A DNA stretch of 64,000 bases from a virus (lineage: Duplodnaviria; Caudoviricetes): the IMG/VR virus record IMGVR_UViG_3300030098_006079, one strand, 5' to 3'. The position numbers and the translations under genes are program-made. Below are positions 54,901 to 64,000 of this stretch, one piece after another. How positions within the stretch are numbered: position 1 is the stretch's first letter; the number at the start of each line of letters is the position of its first letter. Below the pieces are notes generated by a model that saw nothing but the letters and a program-made list of their open reading frames with translations, did no database searches and had not been told where the DNA came from.

Positions 54901-55401
54901 AATAAACTTTGCCCCAGTAGGTTTAAGTACTTCATATTCTGTACTTACAGATATTCTATCTTCCATACCTGGTACAAGTTCAGATTTATGATCTGCAGAT
55001 ACACTACTTACATTAAACGTATAAACATATCTTGATGATAAAGAGCAAAGTTCAGAAACAAATGAACTAGTTAAACTACCTGCTGATACACTTGTATTTA
55101 GTATAGTTGTTTTCAAATACTTACCGTCTTGTTTTATTGTACTTGAAAACGAACTAACCGCTTGAGTTGTATACGGAGTAGATAACTCAATAATTGAGGA
55201 TAATGGATATAAATTAGTTAACGTATACTGGGTGTTAAAGTTAGTTTTTTTATCTTTTGGTACTTCGTCAAAGTAATATTGATTAACAGATAATCCGAAA
55301 GCAAAGTTTTCACGATACCGTTTGTATTTTATTTTGGAATCGTGTACATGACTATAATCTACCGGTAAGATAGACGAATTATCTATTTCTATTACCCTCA
55401 T
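51958..55401 (-). CDS. Large virion (baseplate/tail) protein with split LamG-like domain
   Basis: 1147 aa; DFSVGFWL and HFFVNV..ELFVNG..IKGFKLYN LamG-like halves. Confidence 0.6.
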   Translation of the reverse strand: MRVIEIDNSSILPVDYSHVHDSKIKYKRYRENFAFGLSVNQYYFDEVPKDKKTNFNTQYTLTNLYPLSSIIELSTPYTTQAVSSFSSTIKQDGKYLKTTILNTSVSAGSLTSSFVSELCSLSSRYVYTFNVSSVSADHKSELVPGMEDRISVSTEYEVLKPTGAKFITYYLSSGGVGAGAGQVPITDCQAVWTSAGPTWFKYTLNDGRISLLSPDDNSRIGVHGNDLQLSLSGSSNYTTYLSALSTTFFEVTRHELTKDQKNIPNNYTKYVSAYNLDTVDLNTTTVTEHISNNYFLFSNNYNFLHRNEENKLKAHLDIFPLKNQATLHEYYAENNHFNAEPGYLNRIYEKINAGTHQQGGYDKINLSYNIGTYDLEFKPNKLTYFTTPNSIAPYTKLNIADSKIENLGAVPGDNPLMSDKVFKRREKVKNNSYSDNTDPVYLCSWLSGSSDGTTKWVDRYYNPLVSNFVTALTGTSYYKVVTGAGAQTTETFDVSSSLTFEPNNDYIYYHVGHQDYENLFIAYSKYNIGKDIEYINFKGVPITVNKVNNDDELILNGENFGRLKTDVTGDFSVGFWLHNNDYTQPLGYQIFGNYFEEGFGIFNTDLVTPNIILPTANPLTGHLNRLLFLNNDFEVYDEVLVLEGNEPVTIKGIARKDNFSEFYVLGANNIIYVYNSNNNLISKIEDLKDSNAIIEDLEVGEEAVHVLFNPAHQKRRFTYNFKNNVVRPKNTNFTTVLSSETKGIKGKILDVNNEITVYEVDDYNGFGNEIALDKNNTPYIIKQDFPNNKSIIKNYLQKGLRSDQNEKVISGLDKDSVINGVLVDDIEQLIVLHDNNIISILDTDRKLIRTRQFCNLDNAIKIHTSYIDIICDFEEGVYKKYILLIQEFNDGFRLTKLNNNLKIISSKKFHGEDLLDLKLTKSVTSYSYLKKTGAEKNRFKIFLKTKPKFSSSGVIPRDKTTLSFDVKDLTPGYNHFFVNVSVRHGYMELFVNGRKAGRQIFRAGKYVHDNILGTGSYLGAVSTPFYLTLANRLLQPTKYFINNAKIKGFKLYNKTMSYYDIQAHLKYHYPEKNVIWSYPIGQRTYVETIDKLTKFNYPEKISNKYRVEIKNTGIEDNKLKEKIKERVTLELKKITPYYDELENIIID

Positions 55402-56342
55402 ACGCCATTCATTTTTATACCAGCAAATGATGTTCCTTTATCAAATATTGTGTCACCTGGCGCAAATATTTGTAGTCTATCTCCTGGATTAATAAGCTGT
55501 ATAGTATTCAAACTAAAAACTGAAAAGTCATAATACTGTGTCCCACCTTCTCTAGTTAAATCATAGTTTGTCGGAAAGCATTCGTGAACTATGTTACTGT
55601 TTATTGCAATTTGTATTGGTTGTTTATGTTTATTCATGAAAGGTTCATTCTTTCCATAACTAACTTTAAAATCCCCCATTAACAAATATAAACTTTTTAC
55701 AAACGATCCATCACCCGTACTCGGGAATGTCATATCAAAATTTTCTCCTGCATTACTAAACGTAACATCTTTATTAGTATCAGTAGGATTAACTAAAATA
55801 TGTGAAAATGGTATTAAACCGGTATTCCTATCTATACGAGGACTGCCTCCTCCGCTAAACGCGACTTTAAAGTTAGCAGCTGAGACTTTTTTTGTAACTG
55901 TCTTTAATGCTTCATTACCAGTATTGTTTAATGTATCGTATATACCGGCAATACCAGTTTGTAAGCCTAAAAGAGCACTTTCATTAGATGCGATTTTACC
56001 CGAAACAGTTGCAAGTTCAGTAACCGCAGAATTATTTACTTTAGTAAGTTCAATTGCCCCGCTTATATGTTCGTAATTAGTTTTGTAGCCTGCATTAGTA
56101 CCAGGTGATAATAAACTAAAACCACTGATGGTTTGGTATTGCGCTGCGCCTGTAATATTATCTCCTAAGAACGCTGACGATATAACGTTGTAGAAGCTTA
56201 TGTTATCAGTACCGATGACAAAATCTTTGAACTCAACAAGCTTGGTACCGTTATTAGTCTCAACAAGCAACTTATCAGTCCTTAATATTTCTGTCCCTAT
56301 ATCTATGTCAGATATGTTTATAATTTCGTCTTCTATTGCCAT
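55398..56342 (-). CDS. Virion structural protein with short coiled coil
   Basis: In the structural operon; N-terminus resembles fibre-attachment segments. Confidence 0.55.
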   Translation of the reverse strand: MAIEDEIINISDIDIGTEILRTDKLLVETNNGTKLVEFKDFVIGTDNISFYNVISSAFLGDNITGAAQYQTISGFSLLSPGTNAGYKTNYEHISGAIELTKVNNSAVTELATVSGKIASNESALLGLQTGIAGIYDTLNNTGNEALKTVTKKVSAANFKVAFSGGGSPRIDRNTGLIPFSHILVNPTDTNKDVTFSNAGENFDMTFPSTGDGSFVKSLYLLMGDFKVSYGKNEPFMNKHKQPIQIAINSNIVHECFPTNYDLTREGGTQYYDFSVFSLNTIQLINPGDRLQIFAPGDTIFDKGTSFAGIKMNGV

Positions 56343-56358
56343 ATAATTATTTAATTTG

Positions 56359-57471
56359 TTAGTAATTTACAAACGCAGTTATTGTGCTAGTAGTTGTAGT
56401 TACTGTATCACAACTATTAACATCATACAAATCAACAAGAAAATACCCACCGGATATAGCGCCTGTCACTGCAGTACCTACCCCAACGTTTACATTTGTA
56501 AAATAATAGTAATTTGAATCTTGCAAATTAGTACGTGTTCCAACAATATCTACGAGAGGTATTGTTATTGTCTTTGTAGATAAATCTACATCATTTAAAA
56601 TATCATTACAGTTCCATGAAAGGAAACCACTTAAATGTAAAAACGAAGAGTTAGCTGTCAGCGGTATATAAAATATACTCGGATTAGACGGTAATGGTGT
56701 CGCGCCTTCATTATTTGGATCTGCAGCTCGTGTTCTATATTTTAATTTAATTGAACCATTCTGTTTTAATAGACCTGTATTTGGATTTACTATATTACCT
56801 ATGGAGACTCCAATACTTGCTCCTGTGTTACCATATGCCGCGTATGTTTGTACGTATGGTTTATCATTAGTAAACCCAACTGTAAATTCATTTGTATTAC
56901 TATTTTGATTTTGTAAATTAGGAGTATAGCCTTGATCCGCTGGCGTATCTAAATCAATTAGATTCAAACCAAGTACTTCTGGATTCTTATTAATAAAGGT
57001 TAAGAGTAATTTTTCATTCTCTTCATCGGTATTAAAATAATCTGTCTTTAATAAATTTACATTTTCATATTCAGTAATAGATGGTTTATGCATTGTAAAT
57101 GTAACACTAACTACATCCACTTCTCCATCGTCTCTATAAATCGTAAAATAAACATTACGTTTTATTTTATCTGTAAAGTCTGTTTGTAATACTGTATAGA
57201 ACGTTTCTGAGGAAAGAGATTCAATTAAAGTACCAGGATTATTATCAGTACCTGATAATGTTTGAGATCTATTTAAAGTTAATTCATCTGCATGATCATC
57301 AAAGTCAACAATTATCTTATTAATTCTTTTTGTTGACGCAACAGCGTCATATGCAGACAATTGTTGTAAGTTAAATTGTACTTTTGTAGTACCAGTGAGA
57401 GACTGAGACCTAGTAATAGTACGTCCGTTAGAAAACGGTATAGCTGAAACGTTGTATGTAGTAGTCTTCAT
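56359..57471 (-). CDS. Virion structural protein
   Basis: Beta-rich 370 aa in the structural operon. Confidence 0.55.
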   Translation of the reverse strand: MKTTTYNVSAIPFSNGRTITRSQSLTGTTKVQFNLQQLSAYDAVASTKRINKIIVDFDDHADELTLNRSQTLSGTDNNPGTLIESLSSETFYTVLQTDFTDKIKRNVYFTIYRDDGEVDVVSVTFTMHKPSITEYENVNLLKTDYFNTDEENEKLLLTFINKNPEVLGLNLIDLDTPADQGYTPNLQNQNSNTNEFTVGFTNDKPYVQTYAAYGNTGASIGVSIGNIVNPNTGLLKQNGSIKLKYRTRAADPNNEGATPLPSNPSIFYIPLTANSSFLHLSGFLSWNCNDILNDVDLSTKTITIPLVDIVGTRTNLQDSNYYYFTNVNVGVGTAVTGAISGGYFLVDLYDVNSCDTVTTTTSTITAFVNY

Positions 57472-57474
57472 CTA

Positions 57475-60222
57475 TTATTCTCCCCCTCCTGATGTCTCTA
57501 TTTTTTTAACATCAAATGGCATACCTGTTTCACGATTGATAATGAACGCTGTTACATCTACACCATTTACTACTACCTTCTCACTTTCATTTACAGCTTC
57601 GTATCCTTGGTAGTCTCTAGGCAAATTGATTAATTTATTTCCTGGGTTAGGCTTTGTATCGTCTAAATCTCCTTCTACTGGACAATTTAACGTAAAGTCC
57701 CATGCAGTATCGTCATCAGCGCCCCAAACAACAACATCTACAAATGGGTCATTTCTATCATCTTTAATAAAATATGCATTCCCGTTTATCCCGACGTTGT
57801 CTACTGCTTTTTCATATTGATCCGGTGTATACTTTTGAGCCATTAAAAATGTCTTTAATGTACTTTTATAACCCGAATGATCAGCCGCACCAACCCACCC
57901 AGTATCGATAACTGGCTTGTCCTTCCAATAAACTACGAATCGATCAAAGATTGAATTTGCATTAAACCGTAAAATAACTTTACCGAGAACTGTACCTAAT
58001 GATATTCTTTGATATCCAAGCTCGACTTTTCTTTTTCCGGACTCGTCTTCGATTTCCTGAGTAAATGTACATGGCCAACCTAATCCACCTTCGGCAAATA
58101 CCTCACCGCCACATTGTATAGATGGCGGTTCCCATATTACAGGTTCAGCTGGTTCAATAATCTCTGGTTGGTCAAATACTTTACTTGTTGTTTTTATATT
58201 AGGAGTAAATACTGTCTCTGGTATATCTCCACGAGATACTTTATCTATTACACCAACAATTTCTTCTGGGGGTATTCCTGTATATTTAACTTCTATCTCT
58301 TCTAAAATATCTTCTTCTTGAGGTACATCACATAATGTAGATTTATCAGCTAACGTGCGTTTAACCCGTTGCGCTGTTGCTTTACGAGCTGGGACAACTA
58401 ATTCTACATCAACAGCGTCGTCATCCACTTTTACGTTGACAAGCTTTTCTCGAAGGTTCTTAGATGACTCTTCAAGATAGTCTGTTGGCTCGTCATAATT
58501 ACTTGTAGTAACTGGTGGTTTGATTGCGCATGGTTTATTTACTTTTACACCTTTAGCTTCAAAAGATTTTAACTCGAAAAAGCTACAATAGGTGGATGAT
58601 GTAAATGTCAACCCGACATTCATAACTGGTAAAGTATCGTCTTCAATATCAAACCCTTCCCATGGATCATATTTTTTATTCCCATGAACTGGTCTGTTTA
58701 ATCTAAATTCTGCGATAGTGTTATAATCAGTATCTCCTGTTAGTTTATTATAAATAGTAACTTTCGATCCTCGATTAGATAAATCTACTCTATAATCTAC
58801 CCATGGGTTTTTAGTATCATTAGTTACATCTGCAAATGTATCTAACATTCTATGCATTGGGACTGCGGAAGCAGCTGCAACATCAGTCATAGGTATACAA
58901 GTTAAAACTTGTGTGTTATGAAACTTACTGCCTCTTATACCGACTGAGCATGGAGTTTGAGTATGTGAACCAACAGATGTACCACCATGTTGGTACCAAC
59001 CTGACATATCGTCACTCTTTAAGCAAAATTTACCAGTAATATCAAAACCTACACCTAAGAAACTATCTGCTGGGTAACCGTAATCTAATGGGTCATACTC
59101 TAGACCAGCAGCTTGATACAGATGGGAAGTCCCAACACCAACTTGTAAACTAGTCATACCTATACCGACATTAACAGGCTTTTGAGGGTTCTTAATAAAG
59201 ATACCATCTACAGGGTGATATGTACCTGCTACTTCAACACCTTGTGTTTCTGCTTGCGCGTAACCTAAACTATCTCCAATACCATTAGGTACACCTTGGC
59301 CTTTGCAATCATTTTTATAAAAATAAACACAAAAACCAGCTCCGCCAGATACATCAGCGCTTGAGGCAGGTGTATATTGAGAGTACCATCTTGTAGCATC
59401 TAAACTTGCGTTCTGATTTGACCCATAAGCTGTCATAGTTGGAACATTAAATGCACGTGCTCGAAAATCGACACGTATATTTTGTTCAGGGTCAAAACCT
59501 ACATAATTAGATTTGTAACCAATATATCCGCCTGTATGCATTACCGGGAAAATAGCATTCCCAGTAAGGGAGTCAATTGTGGTATTAGTTTGTTGTAAAG
59601 ATACATTAAACGTTAATGTATCATGTAATTTAGTTCTCGAAATATGAATAGGTGTTAACAAAGGATCAGGCGATCTTTCAAACTCTCCAAAGAACGAATC
59701 CTTTCCGTTCCTTATCATATTACCACCAATAACTAAATTACTGTTTAACGAACCATCAACAAATGTATAAGGACTGTCATTAAATTTTTCATTTGGTATT
59801 AACGTTTTTGTATCTATTAAATACAACTCAGTATCTACATTCTGAAAAAGAAAATTCGTTATTGCTAAACCTTCTGATTCAGTTTCATACTTACCTAAAA
59901 AAGTTACTGAATACCTATCTGTATCTTTATTGTAATTTATTGTCGGTTTAGTTATTGTATTAAAATTTGTACCTTCAGGACATGTAGGTGTTACTGCAAA
60001 TAAATCTGAATAGTCATCAGTAGAAAACGTTGATAAGTTTGGAGGGTATGCAATAGACTTATAATTTGTATCTTTATCAATTTTATAAACTAAAGGTACA
60101 GCGCCATATAATATTTCATCAGCGCCATCGCATTTATCAGCTGTAACAGAACTAACAACACAGACAAACATTTCCTTTGTCTCGTCGTTATAAAAAACAT
60201 CTGATTGTTTTGCAGTGAACAT
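57475..60222 (-). CDS. Virion protein with legume (L-type) lectin-like domain
   Basis: GAGFCVYF..GDSLGY..FLGVGFD..YRVDL..VGLTF. Confidence 0.65.
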   Translation of the reverse strand: MFTAKQSDVFYNDETKEMFVCVVSSVTADKCDGADEILYGAVPLVYKIDKDTNYKSIAYPPNLSTFSTDDYSDLFAVTPTCPEGTNFNTITKPTINYNKDTDRYSVTFLGKYETESEGLAITNFLFQNVDTELYLIDTKTLIPNEKFNDSPYTFVDGSLNSNLVIGGNMIRNGKDSFFGEFERSPDPLLTPIHISRTKLHDTLTFNVSLQQTNTTIDSLTGNAIFPVMHTGGYIGYKSNYVGFDPEQNIRVDFRARAFNVPTMTAYGSNQNASLDATRWYSQYTPASSADVSGGAGFCVYFYKNDCKGQGVPNGIGDSLGYAQAETQGVEVAGTYHPVDGIFIKNPQKPVNVGIGMTSLQVGVGTSHLYQAAGLEYDPLDYGYPADSFLGVGFDITGKFCLKSDDMSGWYQHGGTSVGSHTQTPCSVGIRGSKFHNTQVLTCIPMTDVAAASAVPMHRMLDTFADVTNDTKNPWVDYRVDLSNRGSKVTIYNKLTGDTDYNTIAEFRLNRPVHGNKKYDPWEGFDIEDDTLPVMNVGLTFTSSTYCSFFELKSFEAKGVKVNKPCAIKPPVTTSNYDEPTDYLEESSKNLREKLVNVKVDDDAVDVELVVPARKATAQRVKRTLADKSTLCDVPQEEDILEEIEVKYTGIPPEEIVGVIDKVSRGDIPETVFTPNIKTTSKVFDQPEIIEPAEPVIWEPPSIQCGGEVFAEGGLGWPCTFTQEIEDESGKRKVELGYQRISLGTVLGKVILRFNANSIFDRFVVYWKDKPVIDTGWVGAADHSGYKSTLKTFLMAQKYTPDQYEKAVDNVGINGNAYFIKDDRNDPFVDVVVWGADDDTAWDFTLNCPVEGDLDDTKPNPGNKLINLPRDYQGYEAVNESEKVVVNGVDVTAFIINRETGMPFDVKKIETSGGGE

Positions 60223-60268
60223 ATTAATTATTTACTCAATAAATTTGATAAAGACACAAATTATTAAC

Positions 60269-62665
60269 CTATTCATAACCTCCATCATAGCACACGTATA
60301 ATTGATTTGGGTGACCTGTTATAGAGTCAGTTGTAGAGCTAACAGCACAAGATACTATAGCTTTCGAACTAGCTCCATTCTTAAATTTACCACCTTCAAA
60401 TTTATATAGCTCTGTAACGGTTTCAGCTGATGTTTGTACAACTATTGTGCTTTCAATAATATCAAAATAAATGATATTACTTGTGGAAAGTATATTAGAT
60501 TTAGTACTACCTGTGTTGTGTTTATTAAACACACTTACAAAAGCTGTAGATAAAGGCTCTATTATCTGACTTTCTACATTTCTCACATACACTTCTCCAG
60601 CTGAGACGTGTTGTTGTTCAAATAAATGTGTATCACTATCAGCAAAATTGTTTAAAGAGGATGATTCATATGTTGTACCAGTACTATAAATTGTAGATGT
60701 ATCTATTGTAAAATAAGGTACTGTTGTATCAACAAAGTAATTTGCTACTAAATCAGTTGAATTACCTGGATGGTTTACAAACTCCCCACAATCAACAACT
60801 TCATCAGCTGATACAGAACCACATGACAAACCTTGTGTTGTTATATCTGAGCAGCTTGCAGTCGAAAGAGGAGCAAAAAATGCACATTTTTCACCATCTG
60901 TAATTAAACCTGGGGTTGTTGCTGTACCATTAGCTGATGTAGAATGGCTCGTTAAAAATGTATCATACACACCTGTAATTGAATCGTATAAAGTACCAGA
61001 GCTTTCATAATATGCGCTAGATACTGCTTCTAGCAATGTACTAAAATATAAACCATCATAGTATTCAGCAGCTGTAACACATTCAGTTGATGAAGAAGCA
61101 GCTGGTGAGCTTATATATGACGTACCTGCTTTTCTTTTTGGATAAACAGGTTTGATATGGAAAAATTCATTACCGTATATATCACTCTTTATAGTTATAC
61201 CGGTTTTGTTATTAATAAGTAAATCATTTAGTCTGTCTTGTTCTGGGTATGTGTTTAGTACACTTATCGGATATGTATCAGTATTACGCCAATTTATTTG
61301 ATCTGGAGCATCTTCCCAAAAACTTATATTATCCTCTCTTCTGTTTATACCTGTAAATGTATAATCAAGACTGTTCTCCTTACTCTGATATCCATAGTTA
61401 CGAGGTACTCTATTATTATAAATATCGATTGAACTATTATCAGTAGGATTTTTTAATGTATCAGTTTTAGATTTAAAAACAAAAGGTACAGTAGGTTTGA
61501 ACTTAATATTACGAATTATATCACCAGTTTTTCTACTTTTTATATAACCTATACTTTTAACTCCAGGTTGGTATTTGTTTGGGTTAGGTATTAAGTAACC
61601 ATTATCCGTTATAGCAGATAAAACGACGTTAAATGTTATATTATAAGAATTAAAATTTGTTACACCTGTATTACTAAAAGATAGCTGTTTAGGATAGATT
61701 TCTTTATGTTTTATATCAACAAGATTACTAAACAAGCTAGGTGCATGTCTTTGAGATAAATTATTTGTTGTATTTACGTTATCAAATAATTTTTTAATTT
61801 CTGCTTTTTCTTTGGTACCAGAAACATAATATAAATCATTAGCAAGATATTTCTCAACAATACCTTTCTCGTATGTGAATATTAAATTTTCTAATCTCTT
61901 ATTTTCTTGTCTAAAATATCTTGACGGCAATCTATCAAAATTATCAAACGGGTCATTTATTCCTAACATACTATTAGGGGTTGACACATTATTAAGCCGT
62001 ACTTTTAATTTTTTATTTCCCTTATTGATAGTGAATAATTGAATTATATTCGGAGCTTCATTTAGTACTTTTCTTTTTAGATCTAAAATTAAATTCTTAT
62101 CAACTGCATGTGTTTTATATACTGCAGTATCTGATACATATGTATTTAAATTAATACTGACTTTGTTTGATATAAGTGGAACATTTATATCTTGTACTTT
62201 AGTGTCTGTTCGCTCGGTAACAAATTCTTTATTAAATAGTAACCGAGTTAATAAATTATGTAAATAGTTCTTTATACCTGTTCTAGAATTTTTAAGCTTG
62301 TTTTTCTCAGGTAAAAATTTTGCCTCTTCTCTTATAGATCTTATATTTTCTAATTGAGATTTAATTATTTCAACATAGTAATGAACACTAAGTTCTAATT
62401 CATATATATCGTCCGTATCTATTTTAGATAAAAATTCTCTAGCACTAGGTTCTATAGTACTGAGGTTAATATTTTTTAAAAATTGTATATATGTATTTCT
62501 ATTATAATCAGTATTAAGTTCTGCTAATCGTTCTTTTTCCTCTTTCCATTCAATAAGGTAATTATTGTAAAGAGCTGGTAACTCTGTCGCAGTAGATATG
62601 TCATTATAATATCGCCTCCACTCTGCATACTTATATGGTGTAGTAGTGTTTAAATCTACATTCAT
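60269..62665 (-). CDS. Large virion/baseplate protein
   Basis: 798 aa, coupled to the upstream gene. Confidence 0.55.
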   Translation of the reverse strand: MNVDLNTTTPYKYAEWRRYYNDISTATELPALYNNYLIEWKEEKERLAELNTDYNRNTYIQFLKNINLSTIEPSAREFLSKIDTDDIYELELSVHYYVEIIKSQLENIRSIREEAKFLPEKNKLKNSRTGIKNYLHNLLTRLLFNKEFVTERTDTKVQDINVPLISNKVSINLNTYVSDTAVYKTHAVDKNLILDLKRKVLNEAPNIIQLFTINKGNKKLKVRLNNVSTPNSMLGINDPFDNFDRLPSRYFRQENKRLENLIFTYEKGIVEKYLANDLYYVSGTKEKAEIKKLFDNVNTTNNLSQRHAPSLFSNLVDIKHKEIYPKQLSFSNTGVTNFNSYNITFNVVLSAITDNGYLIPNPNKYQPGVKSIGYIKSRKTGDIIRNIKFKPTVPFVFKSKTDTLKNPTDNSSIDIYNNRVPRNYGYQSKENSLDYTFTGINRREDNISFWEDAPDQINWRNTDTYPISVLNTYPEQDRLNDLLINNKTGITIKSDIYGNEFFHIKPVYPKRKAGTSYISSPAASSSTECVTAAEYYDGLYFSTLLEAVSSAYYESSGTLYDSITGVYDTFLTSHSTSANGTATTPGLITDGEKCAFFAPLSTASCSDITTQGLSCGSVSADEVVDCGEFVNHPGNSTDLVANYFVDTTVPYFTIDTSTIYSTGTTYESSSLNNFADSDTHLFEQQHVSAGEVYVRNVESQIIEPLSTAFVSVFNKHNTGSTKSNILSTSNIIYFDIIESTIVVQTSAETVTELYKFEGGKFKNGASSKAIVSCAVSSTTDSITGHPNQLYVCYDGGYE

Positions 62666-63999
62666 AGTTTAAGACCTTTCCGAATTTGATAATCTAAGTT
62701 TTTGTAAACGACACCACCTGTATTTTGCCAACTACCACTCAAAGAAGAGATGTTGCGAGATACGGTATTGTAACTGTTATTATAATCTATAATATTATTT
62801 TGTATATTTTCAGCTGACAAAGTTGTGTCGTAATTTTTATATTCGTAAAATTCATATATGTCATTTAATCCTGCTGAACCAGAAACTGATGTATCTAATG
62901 GCCAACCCCAGTTACTATATATATTGTAAGCTGAAAGTGGATATTGATTTGAAATTACTTCTTGTATAACAATGTTATCTATACTACCGTTGAAGTCTTG
63001 ACTTACCTCAAATGTGAGTGTTTTATAAATCCCGGCGTTTGTTATAGTTACAGAATGAGTACCATTGTCTGTTACGCTATTAGTTTGAGGTAATGCAACA
63101 CCATTACTTTGTTGCCCTATTATTACATTCAACGTACCTGCTGTACAGTTTGCCACGGTCACAGTAACCTTATAGCTAGAATCCGGTTTAGCATTTATAG
63201 TTTGAAATAAATTATTTGTTGATTGTTCACCAGTATACGGGTTATGTCCTGCAACATTTCCAGTGAGTACCCAACCACTTAACGGGGTATTACCCGTTCC
63301 ATTTATTTGATCTGATACAGTAGCTGACCAGCCAGTTGTAGTCGAGAAGTCTAAATTTGTAGTAGTTAAATCCCAAAGTTCGTTTGCTGGTTGGAAATAT
63401 AAGCTAGCAATTTTTTGAGGTTTAATAGTTATATACTCGTCATTAAATTTTTGTTTTGCAACGAATTTCGTGTCTGCTGTTACTGTATATGTTAAAGTAT
63501 CTATGGGGCTGCTAAAGTCTATATTGCGACTGTCAGCTGATGATGTGTAAAAATTTGTATCATAACTCTCATCAAATCTTGTATAATCTCCTATGAGTTT
63601 AGATACTTTAATACTAAACAAATCATACAATCGTTTTAAACCTGGTGGTGGGTTAGGAGTAATAAAGTCAATATCTTCATTTAAGAAATCATAAAATGAT
63701 TGTATGTTGTTTACATTACAATAGTCAATATCATTATTGTTTGAAACAAAATTAGCTGTACGTTCAAATATAGTTTTACCGAATGTTGTTGGGCTAGAAC
63801 TCGCTTCACCAACAAAGGAAGTAAATACCCCATCAAACAGTTTATCATAATCATGCATGAAGGATTGAAATCTATAACTTTTAATTACATCTGCATAATC
63901 GATACCTTCATTTACTTTATAAATTTCTGAATCATTTGTACTTGGTGCGATAGTAAATGTAAATGAACTAGAGATAATAGAAAGATCTTCTCCTCCATC
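62662..63999 (-). CDS. Baseplate-wedge-like protein with CBM-like insert, 5'-truncated
   Basis: Frame open to the window edge (DGGEDLSII...); TTGW..FQTI..YKVTVTV CBM-like segment. Confidence 0.55.
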   Translation of the reverse strand, partial: DGGEDLSIISSSFTFTIAPSTNDSEIYKVNEGIDYADVIKSYRFQSFMHDYDKLFDGVFTSFVGEASSSPTTFGKTIFERTANFVSNNNDIDYCNVNNIQSFYDFLNEDIDFITPNPPPGLKRLYDLFSIKVSKLIGDYTRFDESYDTNFYTSSADSRNIDFSSPIDTLTYTVTADTKFVAKQKFNDEYITIKPQKIASLYFQPANELWDLTTTNLDFSTTTGWSATVSDQINGTGNTPLSGWVLTGNVAGHNPYTGEQSTNNLFQTINAKPDSSYKVTVTVANCTAGTLNVIIGQQSNGVALPQTNSVTDNGTHSVTITNAGIYKTLTFEVSQDFNGSIDNIVIQEVISNQYPLSAYNIYSNWGWPLDTSVSGSAGLNDIYEFYEYKNYDTTLSAENIQNNIIDYNNSYNTVSRNISSLSGSWQNTGGVVYKNLDYQIRKGLKL

Positions 64000-64000
64000 T

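Noticed and set aside
156-58305. Many 60-125 aa antisense or out-of-frame ORFs in the track (e.g. 1475-1846, 20847-21170, 26477-26935, 44042-44335, 52703-52993)
   Set aside because: They are shadows of longer, motif-bearing genes on the other strand or frame and have no recognisable features.
1-64000. Stop-codon recoding (TAG or TGA)
   Set aside because: Long genes are intact under code 11, and TAG and TGA end genes at natural boundaries. No suppressor tRNA is present in the window.

Overview
A 64-kb slice of a large, AT-rich, lytic tailed phage. It looks T4-like or jumbo-type from its TATAAATA late promoters, sigma70 early promoters and standard genetic code. Several genes of Verrucomicrobia/PVC-type families point to a Verrucomicrobia host; this is an inference. 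Layout: (1) 1-13.7 kb, three very Cys-rich tail-fibre-like genes followed by glycosyltransferase and sulfotransferase genes; (2) 14-44 kb, accessory and metabolic genes (purT, PiT-like transporter, RadA-like ATPase, dCMP deaminase, thyX, RfaE kinase, two tRNAs, a DUF2589 pair), including a minus-strand module of PAS protein, two type IV prepilin-like genes (one with a CxxCH motif), an ankyrin-class III nucleotide cyclase and an HTH protein; (3) 43-52 kb, early genes; (4) 52-64 kb, large minus-strand virion/baseplate genes. The standout is 45308-46270: 963 nt of + strand with a single cytosine but plenty of G. It lies behind three tandem sigma70-like promoters and holds two intact ORFs for very acidic proteins that lack Pro, Ala, Thr and His. 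I interpret it as a candidate cytosine-free early anti-defence cassette. All family assignments come from motif recognition by eye; no database searches were run.
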